NCBI RefSeq assembly: GCF_006345805.1
Contig: NC_043006.1
Location: 25,544,001-25,608,000, forward strand
Length of the DNA: 64,000 nucleotides
Direction of reading: 5' to 3'
Source: Octopus sinensis
Taxonomy: Eukaryota
Under the pieces are notes generated by a model that searched no databases, was not told the DNA's origin, and saw only the letters and a program-made list of their open reading frames with translations. How positions within the stretch are numbered: the first letter of the stretch is position 1; each line of letters begins with the position of its first letter. Of the stretch, positions 39,376 through 51,533 are shown piece after piece. The position numbers were made by a program, and so were the translations under genes.

Positions 39376-39965
39376 AATAATAATAATTGTGTACAGTGCT
39401 CAGGTGCACTACAACTCATCTAAAGTGTATATATAATCAGGTGTAGTTTCGGCGGATTTCGGAAAGCATGAGGGCCTTAAAGGATGCAGTGTCATGGCAG
39501 TCAACAACTGACACAGGCAGTTTATTCCATGCTTCAGCAACTCTGAGCGTGAAAAAATGTTTCCGAAAGTCATGGGAGCTGTGTTGTTTTCTGACTTTGT
39601 AGGCATGTCCACGTGTGTTAGACACATGGAGATCAAAAAGGTGTTCAGTGTTGTTGTTGGTGAGGTGGTTGATAACTTTGTGGGTGTTTACCAAGTCCGT
39701 CGCCAGACGCCGGAGCTTCAGTGAATCCATGCCCAGAGAAACAAGGCACTCAGAATATGGTAGGTGTCTGATGGAGTGTATGCGTTTGGTTGCATGTCTC
39801 TAGACAGATTCCAGGAGGTCAATGTTCTGAGCAAGATAGGGGTTCCAAACTGACTTGATATTTTCTATAATTCAGGCTTCCTTATCTATACACTCTTCTT
39901 TGTGAGATTGATGCAGACTTTTCTCAATCGCCTACAGCACTTCTCTTCAGGCAGGACTTTTCACT
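39376..39965 (-). mobile_element. CR1 LINE 3' end with (TTA)n tail
   Basis: LKLRRLATDL...SNTRGHAYKVRKQ...RKHFFTLRVAEAWNKLP. Confidence 0.85.
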
Positions 39966-40100
39966 ATTTTTGAGGTGCTTGTTCAGGCAGTCGGCAATCT
40001 TTGTCTGTTTATGTATACATATATATGTATATATATAATGTATATGTATGTATATATAATGTATATGTTTGTGTGTGATTATAGATATGTGTGTGTGCAC

Positions 40101-40203
<103 letters not shown>

Positions 40204-40587
40204 TGTGTGTGTATATATATATATTTATATATATATATATATAAATATGTATATGTATATGTATATATCTATGTGTGTCATCTTCATCATCATTTAACAT
40301 CCGTTTTCCATGTTGGCATGAGTTAGTTTGATTGAAATGTATATATATATATATTTGGCTGTTGCTGGTGTTATGTAAGTGGCAAGTAAAAGGCACCCAT
40401 TACATTCACAGAGTGGTTGGCATTAGGAAAGGCATCCAGCCATAGTAACCATCCCTAATCAGACTGGAACCTGGTGCAGCCCTCCAGCTTACCAGATTCA
40501 GTCAAACTGTCTATCCCATGCTAGTATGGAAAGGGATCGTTAAATGATTATGATGTATAGGTATATATATATGTACATGTGTATATA

Positions 40588-41880
40588 CAGGGTGCAATGG
40601 GTAAATTGTTGCCATTTTATATTTCTAATTTCGCATGTGTGCGTTGTTTGTTTTTGATTTTGTCAATACACAATGTAGTAGGGTCAGTAGGGCACTGTCT
40701 GTGAGAAAAACAGCACCATAACAGAATTCACTCTGCTAGAAATTTCGAAACACAATGCTGTACTGCCAAGCAGTACAGCATGAAATACCGGAAGCTCCAG
40801 TACAAACATTTCAGAGTCTTTGGGTGTCTGAGGACTGTGCAATCTGAGGACATGTACTGAGAGTGAAAAAAAAAAAACGAACATAGGCGCAGGAGTGGCT
40901 GTGTGGTAAGTAGCTTGCTTACCAACCACTTGGTTCCGGGTTCAGTCCCACTGCGTGGCACCTTGGGCAAGTGCCTTCTACTATAGCCTCGGGCCGACCA
41001 AAGCCTTGTGAGTGGATTTGGTAGACGGAAACTGAAAGAAGCCCGTCATATATATGTATATATATATATGTGTGTGTGTGTTTGTGTTTATCCCCCCCCA
41101 ACATCGCTTGACAACCGATGCTGGTGTGTTTACGTCCCCGTTACTTAGTGGTTCGGCAAAAGAGACCGATAGAATAAGTACTAGACTTACAAAGAATAAG
41201 TTCTGGGGTCGATTTGCTCGACTAAAAAAGGCGGTGCTCCAGCATGGCCGCAGTCAAATGACTGAAACAAGTAAAAGAGTAAAGAGAAAAGAGTATCCAG
41301 TCACCATCATGGTGTTTGGAGTGATCGCTAGTGATAGCAATGTTATGCCTCCATTCATCTTCCCACACACCCTCAGACTCAATACAGATACCTATATCAT
41401 GTGCCTAGAGGAGGTAGTGCTACCCTGGATCAAGAGAGTGGCTGCTGGAAGACCTTATGTCTGGTAACAGGATTCTGCATCATGCTACACAAGTTGGAAA
41501 ACCCAGTCATGGCGACCACATCACCCCTAACATCTGGCCACCTGACTCTCCAGATTGCAACCCCCTTGATTATTATGTGTGGGGTGCAATTGATCGAGAG
41601 ATGAAGAAAATTCCTTGTAATACCAAGGATGAGCTGAAGACAAGGATTATGGCAGCATTCACTAACTTAAACTAGGAGACTGTCCAGAAGAGTTGCAGGA
41701 GATTCTGAAGTTGTCTGGAGGGCGTGGTTGAAGCCAATTGGGATTTTTATTGAATAAATTTACTCCTTAGTATATCAAGATATTTTTATATAATTTTGGT
41801 AAATATATCTGTTAAAATGAGATGTCATTGTTATTTTCATTTTTGTATAATTTAGACAGCAATATATTCACCACACCCTG
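40588..41880 (+). mobile_element. Internally deleted maT (DD37D) transposon with a nested family-A SINE (40885-41294)
   Basis: TA|CAGGGTG...CACCCTG|TA; PVTIMVFGVIASDSNVMPPFIFP...RPYVW*QDS...WPPDSPDCNPLDYYVWG. Confidence 0.9.
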
Positions 41881-43429
41881 TATACACACACATGTATGTA
41901 CAGTGGCCCGGAAACAAAATTTGCTTAGGGAGTGCAAACCCATGTCCAAAATTTTTACAAACAAGGTGGATTTTTCCAATCTTGATATCAAAACAAACAC
42001 AGGTTCAGTAATAATAACTTTTATTATTATGATGTTAGCTGAAAAGTTTATAGGAATGTGACCAAATGAAGTTCATTTTTAAATATTGGGATCTTTTCTA
42101 CTTGGTGTCACTTTTTGAAACTTTAAAATGAAGTGAAAATTTTCAAATTTGATATATTGATGTAATTTTTCAAGTTGAATCTTATGTTATTCACTTGTTC
42201 CAGAAAATCTTTAGAAAAATATTACAGAGGTTTAAAGTTTGATCATTTTCACCCAATCAGAAAACAGGAATTGGAAGCTGGCATTTTGTATGTGATGACA
42301 ACATTACAATGACAAAACATTCAACAATGGGAGTTTTAATCAGTTTTAATGAATAAAATTTTGTGAAATGTTGGATAAACATACTGTTGCTTTAGTTCAC
42401 GTGAACAATACATATTTTTGAAATTAATTGGAACAAAACTGAAGGAATTGAAAAGTGAAAATCAAACAGGAAAGATCCTCTACACACTTCTTTCAGCATT
42501 GCAGTGCTTTGATTGCCTTTGTGAAAAATCTATCCTGTTAGTCAAACAAGTCTTCAACAGCTGATAAGACGTCATCACTATGATATTGGTCCTTTAATTT
42601 GGAGGATTCCAAAATAGATTTCTAATATAGTTTCTTCATATTTTGCTGGTAGCTTACTGGCGTAAAATTGCAAATATGAAAATAATACTTGTATGTTGTG
42701 TGTTGTTAATTTATTGAAAGGGATCCCATAAAACTCAACTAATTTGTTAAAAATGAAGATGTTAAAATCTAAGAGATGTTTAATTTATGCAGAGTATCAT
42801 TTTGAACAGTGATACAAAAATCATGGAAATTCATGGTTGAACAGAAACTATCAAATTAATTAAATTAATTTAATTATATATCACTGTACTCATTAGTGCA
42901 AGAAGTATAAACAAAATTTTTTTATAAAGGACTTGATAGAGGAAATAGTAGAGTAGGATTTTGGAGATTCATTTTTATCCTTATGAGACAGAAAGAGGAG
43001 TTGTAAGTCCAGTTAGGTATTAACTAAAACTAAAAGCTATAACGGTTATTTGCAAATAGAAGTGAAAGAGGTTTTAGAGACATTCCCTCTATAGATGAGT
43101 AAGGTGAGTAGTAATTCATACTCCAAATAAGTCACGTAGGGTAAAGGTTGTATAGAAATCACTCTAGCATTAACCCTATCACTGAAATATATAATAGTCG
43201 GCAGTGATATATGGTAATAGTTTTGCTACTGTAGTAGTAGGTACGGTGGTAATATGGTTGTAGTGTTGTGTGGAACTGAAGTGATGTAAGACACATTTGT
43301 GTTATATTCTGTGGACTCTTCCTTCCCACATTAGCAGTAGGACAAGTAAAGAAAAGTGACAGGGTTACTGAACATAAAACTGGTTGTTGTTGAGATTGAA
43401 TAACCCTCACTTTTGAATAGGCTTTATGC

Positions 43430-46400
43430 ATATTAGTAGCTATGGATTAATGTAAAAGATATGCTGTAGAATTGAGCTGAAGCTGTGGTGAAGGTGGAAG
43501 TGGGAGAGTGGGTAGGCCCTGTTGGTAGTTCCTGAGGACGGAAGTGTTCAAGAGAGCATGCGCAGCGGGGACAGGAAGAGGGCAGAGTGCAGCCGGACTG
43601 CATGAAGTCAAGACATGTGTATGTACGACCAACAGAAGAAAAAGACCGTGTGGGTGGTGAGAGAATGCTCCCTCCAAATCGACAGCAATTCTCCTTTTTC
43701 CTAATTTCCCCCTTCATACCACAAGTTATTTCGGCTCATTGTGTAGTATCAAAAAGTAAAACAAAAATTACTATTCATGGTAAAATATGGCATCAAAAAT
43801 TAAACTCAGCAACAACATGTTGAAACCATTCTCTGGTCAAGGCGATGTGGTGGCCTGGATAAAGAAGGTGAAGCTGGTAGTAAAATTGCAGGGGATACAG
43901 GACATAGCCAACCTCCTACCTTTGTATTTAGAAGGTAGTGCACTGAACTTGTATCTAGAGATGTTGGAAGATGATCAGCAAAAGATCTTAAAGATCGAGG
44001 AATGGCTGAAAGTTACTTACACAGAGGGAGCCTTTAAGGTGTATAGTAAACTTGGAAGTGTGAGGTGGACTGGAGAACAGGTTGATGACTATGTGAGTGA
44101 GATTAGGAGATTGGTGGCTTTAGCAGTGATTTCCTGCGGGGCAATGGAGAGTGTTGTGAGATTGGCCTTTGTGACTGGATTTCCCAATCACATCTGAATA
44201 AGTTTGCTGGTGAGTGAGTTGATAGAGCGAACTTGTGTCATGACTCAGAACAACACACACGATGTAGTTTGTATGATGATGGAGATGAAAACAAGAAAGA
44301 GATGAATGGAAACTATCTGTAAGAAGAATGAGGCGAGAAAAGCTGGTGAATGATGAAGGGACCATGTTTCAGGTGTCGGGGTCCTCATATAGTCAGAGAC
44401 TGCATGGCACCAAAACCGGAAGTGGTGTGCTACTGGTGTGACCAGCCTGGGCACATTGTTAACCAGTGCAAACGGAAATGGATGGAGGGTAGCTACTGCT
44501 AGCTACCCCATCAACTGATTAGAGGCACACTCATGGTCACTACCAATAATAAACTTTCAGGTGGGGTCGAGAGAGGCTTGAGCCCTTGTGGATACTGGTT
44601 GCACTACAATACTGGTAACCCAAGTCTGAGCAGGAAAGTTAGGTGCAGAGGCGAGATCAGAATACAATTGATAGTGCAAGGGTTGGTAGTGAAGGTTCCA
44701 GTGATTGTTGTCAATGAAGTGGTGGACAGCATTGACTTAGTGGTGGGAATAGAGCGATTGTCCAGCTAGGAGTGGAATTCGGCAACCGATGTGCTGTGTG
44801 CTTTGAGTATGGAGAGGTGGAGGAAGGCTACAAGAGTGATGGAACACATGTAGAAATGTATGTGACATTGAAGACAAGAAAACAGGATGAGCTGTTATGA
44901 ACACCCCTTCAAAAGAGGAGCCAGGAATGAATTCGAGAGGGAGGTGGAGTGATGGATAGAGGAGAGTATTTTGAGGCCATGGAAGGAGAAGAGAAAAATG
45001 GTGTGTTGCCCTTAATGACTGTGGTCCAGCCCATGAAGAACAAGGTTTGTCCAATACTCAATTTCCATGAAAGGAATGAGCACATGTCATCCCATATGAG
45101 TGGTGAGGTAGCAGACGTCTGTGAGGAAATTTTGTGGGTTTGGAGGCGCATGACAGGAGCAACTACAATTGTCGACCTGAAGTTGGCCTATCTGTAACTC
45201 CATGTGTCCAAGAAACTGTGGATGTACTAGTTGGTGAGGTACAAGAGTAGAACTCACTGCTTGGCTCAGTTGGGGTTTGGCTTGAGTTTGGCACCAAAAG
45301 TTATGGCAAAGGTCTTAAAGACGGTCTTGGGGAAAGTGGCTGAGGTTGAGCAAGCAACTAATTCATACATTGACAGCAGAGGTAATTATAGATCATCTGA
45401 AGAAGTTTGGGCTGATTGCTAAACCACCAGAGGCCATAGAAGGAGATGCTGTACTGAGGCTCAAGATTGAAAAAGATAAGATGGGCAGGCTTGTTTTTCA
45501 TTGAGAAAATGAGATTCCAGGCCTGAGCAAAGATATGAGTAGACAAGAACTCTTCTCAGTGTGTGAAAAGTTGGTAGGACACTATCCAATTGCAGGATGG
45601 CTCCGGAAGCATGTATCTTCATCAAGAGGCATGCCGAAGGAGTAAAGTGGAGTGACAAAGTTGGGGAGAAGACAACTGCCATGATGCAAGATGTTTTGGA
45701 GAGAGTGAGAGTTTGGAGGATCCAGTGAGGGTATCTGGAATGTGCTCGAAACAAAAAAGGGAGTTGTTTGGTGTGATGCAAGTAGCATCGCAATAGGAGT
45801 CATCCTGGAAGTGGGGGTTGTAGAGGTGGAAGATGCAGCATGATTCAGAAAAAAGGATGACTCCAGCCACATCAATGTAGCTGAATTGGATGCTGTACTA
45901 AAGGGCATGAACTTGGCACTGAGATAGGAGCTCCATGTATTGGAAATTTGAACTGATTAGGCCACAGTAAGAGGGTGGGTGGCATCAGTGATCAGCAATC
46001 AAAGGAGAGTCCACACAAAAGGAGACGCGGAAATGATAGTGAAGCAGTGGTTAGGAATCCTCAGAGAGCTGGTCGCTGAGTTTGGCTTGGTAGTGTTTTC
46101 ACCTTCAGAAAAGAATAAGGCAGATGTGCTAACCAGGGTGAAAAAGCCCTGGTTGGTGGAAGTAGAGGATGTACAGAGTGTGGTGGATGCAGCGTGTCAC
46201 CTGGTGGGCTCAGAGCTGAGGAGGTTGCACAGCATGTTCCTGGCCAGGGAAGTGGACCCTAATGTTACTAGGGAAAGTGTTTGGAAAGTGGTGCAGAGCT
46301 GCATCAGATGCCAGTCTATAGACCCCACACTGAGTGTGTATGAGGCAGAAAGGATTCAGGTTGGAGAAGATTGGAAGAGGTTGGCGATAGATATGACTCA

Positions 46401-47382
46401 ATTATCTGGGAAGGCAGTACATCTCAGTGGTTGACTGGGGGTCAGGAAGAATGACAATATAGAAGGAAATTTGGACGGGTGCTGCGGCTGAAACTGTAGA
46501 GGTCCTAAATGTGGTATTCCTGGAGAGGGGTCCAGTTGATGAGCCATTGATGGACAACAGTGCAGTGTTTCACTCAGCTTAGTTGAAAGAAATTCGCGAC
46601 CAATGGAATACCAGACGTTTCTTAAGAGCAGCATATAGGCCTGGTGGGAATGGGATAATAGAGCAACACCATTGCACAATGAAAGCCATTGCTGAGAGGG
46701 GACAGATTTCCCCTATTGAAGCAGTGTTCTGGTACAACATGTCACCAAGGTCAAGACATGCTGGGGAGACAGTCCCTCAAAAGGCTGTGTTTAGATACGA
46801 ATGCAGACACCTGAGCGTAGAACCACAACCCTTTGGGGAAGAAGAACAGTTAGCAATTGTTCAAATCAGGGAAGAAGTGTGGGTGAAAGGAAGGGTGACA
46901 GCAGTGAACTCACATAACAACATGTTGGTGGAAGGAGTGCTGTGTCACGTCCTAGATATCAGGAAGGTCATGAGCTCCTCCAGTGATGAAGAACAAAGAG
47001 AGGGAGAGGCTGGCATTGCATCTTTGTGATGATCCCAAAGAGAGCGTCGTCCACCTAAGTGGCTGGAAGACTATGAAAGGGATGTGATAGTAATTGGTAG
47101 ATCAGTGAGGCATATGGTATTGAGCTGAAGCTGTGGTAAAGGTGGCAGTGGGAGAGTGGGTAGGCCCTGTTGGGAGTCCCCGAGGACAGAAGTACTTAAA
47201 AGAGCAGGCGCAGCGGGGACAGGGAGAGGGCAGAGTGCACTCGGACAGCATGAAGTCAAGACGTGTGTGTGTACGACCAACAGAAGAAAATCATCATGTG
47301 GGTGGTGAGAGAACGCTCCCTCCAAATCAACAGATAAGAAAACCTCAATTCTCCTTTTTCCTAATTTCCCCTTCATACCACA
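43430..47382 (+). mobile_element. Near-complete, decayed LTR retrotransposon (gag-PR-RT-RH-IN)
   Basis: 5' LTR ~43430-43723 and 3' LTR 47083-47382 (TGT...ACA), preceded by the purine tract GAAAGGGA. Gag from 43787 with two CCHC-like knuckles, PR ALVDTGC (~44582), RT LGFGL...SYID (~45270-45372), RH WCDASS...HINVAEL (~45770-45890), integrase with C..C, MDN and NGIIE motifs (46200-46700). Confidence 0.92.
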
Positions 47383-47843
47383 TATGCCTAACTCCACGCT
47401 GTCTCAAGCTATGCTTTACACATTGTTATGTGTAATACAGTGCTTAGTCAGTCATACTATTTTCTATGTATAATATCTTCCCCTGTCATTTCTTGTTAAT
47501 ACTGAAATGAGAAAATGTGCCCAATTGGTATGTTTATTTTAATTATATTAAAATATTAGCTTCTGAATAGGTACAAAATCATAGATCAACAAAGGTGTTT
47601 GAAGAGTTTTAATTGATGTAAGTAAAGGGAATTAATCCCACCCACCAATAATTAATTTTGACTAATTTTAAGGGATCTTCAAGAAAAGCACAATATTTCC
47701 AATTAAAGTTTCTGACAAAATTCAGTGTCATTAATTAATATCAAAAAGGAAGAAAACTTTTTGTTGACAAACTAGTACATTCAACTTTCGGTGCAATGGA
47801 AACCCGTAAAAGGCCGATGTTTGCCGATTACACCACGAATTTA

Positions 47844-47853
47844 ATGACGTCAT
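47844..47853. promoter_or_regulatory. Perfect CRE/ATF palindrome in the CpG-rich RETREG promoter region
   Basis: ATGACGTCAT ~90 nt upstream of the ATG; the local CpG density is visibly high. Confidence 0.5.
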
Positions 47854-47941
47854 ATCTGAACTGCTCGGGAGAAAATGATGTGCCTCCTCTTGGGTGTTGT
47901 TCTTTCCTCAGTCGACGCGTCGTTCATTCTCTGAACGTGCC

Positions 47942-48087
47942 ATGGACTCTGACACTAAACCAGAAGGCTTGCTGGAAGCCATTCTCAGTCCATGGGAAGG
48001 ATGGATTTTGAGAATACAGAGTTTATTAATATGGGAGAAACCGCGATGGGCTATAGTTTGGTTATGTTTAATTCATCTTCTATTTTG
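47942..48087 (+). CDS. RETREG: Reticulophagy regulator (FAM134/RETREG family), coding exon 1
   Basis: gccATGG Kozak context. MDSDTKPEGLLEAILSPWEGWILRIQSLLIWEKPRWAIVWLCLIHLLF(W) aligns by eye to human RETREG3 LVEVLGPYEPLLSRVQAALVWERPARSALWCLGLNAAFW. Phase-2 donor tg|gtaggt. Confidence 0.9.
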
Positions 48088-50302
48088 GTAGGTATTGCAC
48101 ACATCTCCTCTCTTTCATACCTGTTGTTAAACATAACCACACCTGTATTTGTATTTTAATGCCATGCATTACTTTAGCATAGTGAGCGACTACATTTTCT
48201 TAATACAATAACTGCATCTCTCTGTTCATGTGTTTGTATGTTTATTTTTATACAGCTGATTCTGTTTATATTTATTTCCGTTTATATTCTCCCGTGTGTG
48301 TGTGTGTCCTTTACGATCACATTCTATTCGCTCTTCCTCTCTCATTTTATACTTCTCAGCATTCCTAACATAATTTTGTCTCCCTAATCTATTTCCGTTT
48401 TTGATATAGCCGGTGGTCGTTTAACATTTTATTGAGGTGATCTGATATCTTATATGGATGTAAGAAACAAAGATATATCACTGCTTGTTTTTTCTCTCTC
48501 TCTCTTTCCATTAATAAATAAATACGCCAAATGTTTAAATACAAATTTAATGACAAACTGAACTTATCCAAAAATCGTTATATTATTTGGTGAGGCGGAG
48601 AATATTAACAAATCTCTTTTCTTTATATTTAATAAGCTGTGTTTATTTTTGTGTTCCAATCTTATGAAGCAGAATGTATTCCGATGTGACGGAGTTAAGG
48701 GTATAAATGAATTTTCGTTTCCTCCGAATATGGTTGGTAAACTGTTACATAAAGTATCCGGTAAAAATAGATCATCTTTCACTTACCTCCCTCCTCCTCC
48801 CTATTAACATTTACAGGTTTGTTACCAACGGAGACTATTTTAACAGGTTCCTTTCTTGTTTCAAGTGTTTTTATCAAAGCAGTCCTTTTTTTCCTTAATA
48901 AATCTTGTTTACACTTCGTCACGATTTCTAGTCGAGCTTCAAAGTTAGGGTGGAAGGAAGAGAGAGAGAGAGAGAAAAAAATCTAACTTGACATTTTCTT
49001 CTGATTAGATTTGTTGTACCTATTTTAACCTGGGTCCAGAGCATTTTGCGACCGAAAAAAAAAAAAAATGAAACAAACTGATGAATTTTCTTTTCTTGTT
49101 TTTTTTTTTTAAATTTGATAATAAAAACAGGCTAATTTGTCTACTTAGTTACGAGTCAGTTAACAATTAGCTAGATTGGTTGCTTGTATCTGGTGACGTG
49201 ATATTTTGTTGCACTTAAAAGCCATTCTAAACAAGCTCCTTAAAATCCCAGGCTAAACTATTCTTTTTAACTAGCAATTAATTTAATTGATCTCAAAACC
49301 AGCGCCCCCCCCCTAATTCGTCCCCATCCAACGACGCACAAGAAAACTAACATTTTAATGAAACGGCCAACTCATTTCACAAAAGGAAAAAAAGAAAGTG
49401 AGTGGGGGAGTGGAGTTTACACTATACATTAGTATATATAAATATATATATAATAGTCATTCCTTCACCATATAACATAGTACTGAACAACATATGTAGT
49501 TTATTCTCCCAGCTTGAAATTTTAATCCTTCCTCCTTGAAATATGTCTCACTTTTTGACTCAATGGTTGTTATTGATTTAATTCTACTGATATTGTATAT
49601 CTGATGATTATGTTCTGAAATCGTTAATAGTGTTTATTTTCCTCCACACATGCGTAAAAGCCTGTGATTTTGTTCTTAAGGTGGAGACTAGGAAGTAAGG
49701 TATTTTTTGTACTATTTACCTGAAAAGAGTACATATTGTGTGTGTGTGTGTGTGGGGGAGGAATTAAATTTTTTAGATAACAAAATTCTTTCACAAAAGA
49801 AAACAACCATCCATTCCTGGGCCTTTGCCTTCTCCAATAAGGTCGGGATAGCTATTCCGAAAGTCCGCCAATAAGAAAGATTATCCGTAAACATTTGTAG
49901 AAAGTATGGCATTCATGCTTATCCTAAACCCATTATTATTTTTGTTGTTTAATCATAAATCAACTCTAATCAAATTAAAAGGTTTCATATATTACTGTCT
50001 TGTTTTAGCTTATTTTGCCTTTAAATGTATCTAAAACTACGTTGTCTCAGGTCTGTCTCCTTAAGATGTTTGAGTGTGACTTGAGAAATTGGTTGCTATT
50101 TTTAGCACATCAAACGACTAGCTAGAGGTTCTGGCAAACATCATCCATATTCAGATATTGATTCAATCGATTATAGTCCTTTTAATACAAACGTGTGGCT
50201 TGTGTCAAAGAAAGAAAATAAAATACTGAACCAGAAGATGATATTTTCAGTAAACACATACATTCAGAGAAAGCTCTTCTTGATTTTATATATATATATA
50301 TA

Positions 50303-50431
50303 TTATTTTATAGAAGGAGCTTCTACAGGACTAGAACTGTTTCATTCCGATGAAATCTTCCTGAAAGCTTCCTGAAGATTTCATCGAAATGAAACAGTTC
50401 TAGTCCTGTAGAAGCTCCTTCTATAAAATAA
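50303..50431. repeat. Near-perfect palindrome (58-bp arms, 1 mismatch, 13-nt spacer)
   Basis: 50303-50360 is the reverse complement of 50374-50431 except at one position. Confidence 0.95.
50366..50416 (+). ncRNA. Type I hammerhead-ribozyme-like motif
   Basis: Stem I AGCTTC/GAAGCT, core CTGAAGA, irregular stem II TTTC-ATC-GAAA(T), GAAA, stem III ACAG/CTGT, cleavage triplet GTA ending at 50410. Confidence 0.6.
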
Positions 50432-50621
50432 ATTACTTTACTGTGCTATGTATTGAGTACCTTATTCACTGTGGTTAACCCCGACTCAACCTGGGACCTA
50501 CATATATATATATATATATATATATATACTACACATACACACACACACCAGAATAAGCAGATAAATGTGAAACAGGGTGGGGAAAAAATAGTACTCAAAT
50601 ACTGGAGGTAGAGTAATATGT

Positions 50622-50782
50622 TTTATTATTAAAGCTTCCAAAACATCACAAAAATATCACAAAAAACTGCTACTCAGAAGTTCATGTTTCCATTCGTCTG
50701 ACAGTTCACAATTGTTCAACGAATGGGAACATGACACACAGTGTAGCAGTTTTTTGTGATGTTTTGAAGCTTTAATAATAAA
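50622..50782. repeat. Imperfect palindrome containing two degenerate hammerhead-like motifs
   Basis: TTTATTATTAAAGCTTC..AAAACATCACAAAA..AACTGCTAC versus GTAGCAGTTTTTTGTGATGTTTTGAAGCTTTAATAATAAA. Confidence 0.8.
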
Positions 50783-51533
50783 GTACCTATGTTATATATA
50801 TATGTATATATAAAGTTTTAGCATGGCTACCGAATAATTGTCACATATCGTCATCATCATCGTTTAACGTCCACTTTCCATGCTAGCACGGGTTGGACGG
50901 TTTGACTGGGGTCTGGGAAGCCAGGAGGCTGCACCAGGCCCAGTCTGATCTGGCAGTGTTACTACAGCTGGATGCCCTTCCTAACGCCAACCACTCCGTG
51001 AGTGTAGTGGGTGCTTTTTACATGCCACTGGCACAGGTGACAGGCGAGGCTGGCAACGGCCACGATTGGTTGGTGCATTTTACGTGCCACCGGCACAGAG
51101 GCCAGTCAAGGCGGCACTGGCAACGGCCACATTTGGATGCATCTTTTTATGTGCCACCAACACTGGTATCACAACTACAATTTCCATTGATTTTTGAGCG
51201 ATTTCGATTTCACTTGCCTCAACAGGTCTTCACAAGCAAAGTTTTGTGTCCTAAGAAGGAAAGGTATGCATAAGTGGGGAAGGTATGCATATATTTAAGG
51301 CGATACTGGTAACGATCATGCTCAAATGGTGCTTTTTAAGTGCCACTGGCACGGAAGCCGGTTAACCGCTCTGTCAATGGTCACACTCGTATGGTGCTCT
51401 TTGCACCCTGGGGAAAGGTATGCATATATTTACAGATACATTCCTCTATTTACATAATAATAATATCAAAGTCTCTATCATTCTTTTGTTGTCTTGGCAT
51501 TTCTCTCTGAAGGAGACTACAGTAGCGGTACTG

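Noticed and set aside
47894-47941. N-terminal extension of RETREG from the TTG start in the ORF track
   Set aside because: The ATG at 47942 has a strong Kozak context, and the extension shows no homology I can recognise.
50303-50373. A second hammerhead on the minus strand of the palindrome's left arm
   Set aside because: The minus strand has CAG-GAAGA instead of CT-GAAGA, so the CUGA core is absent.
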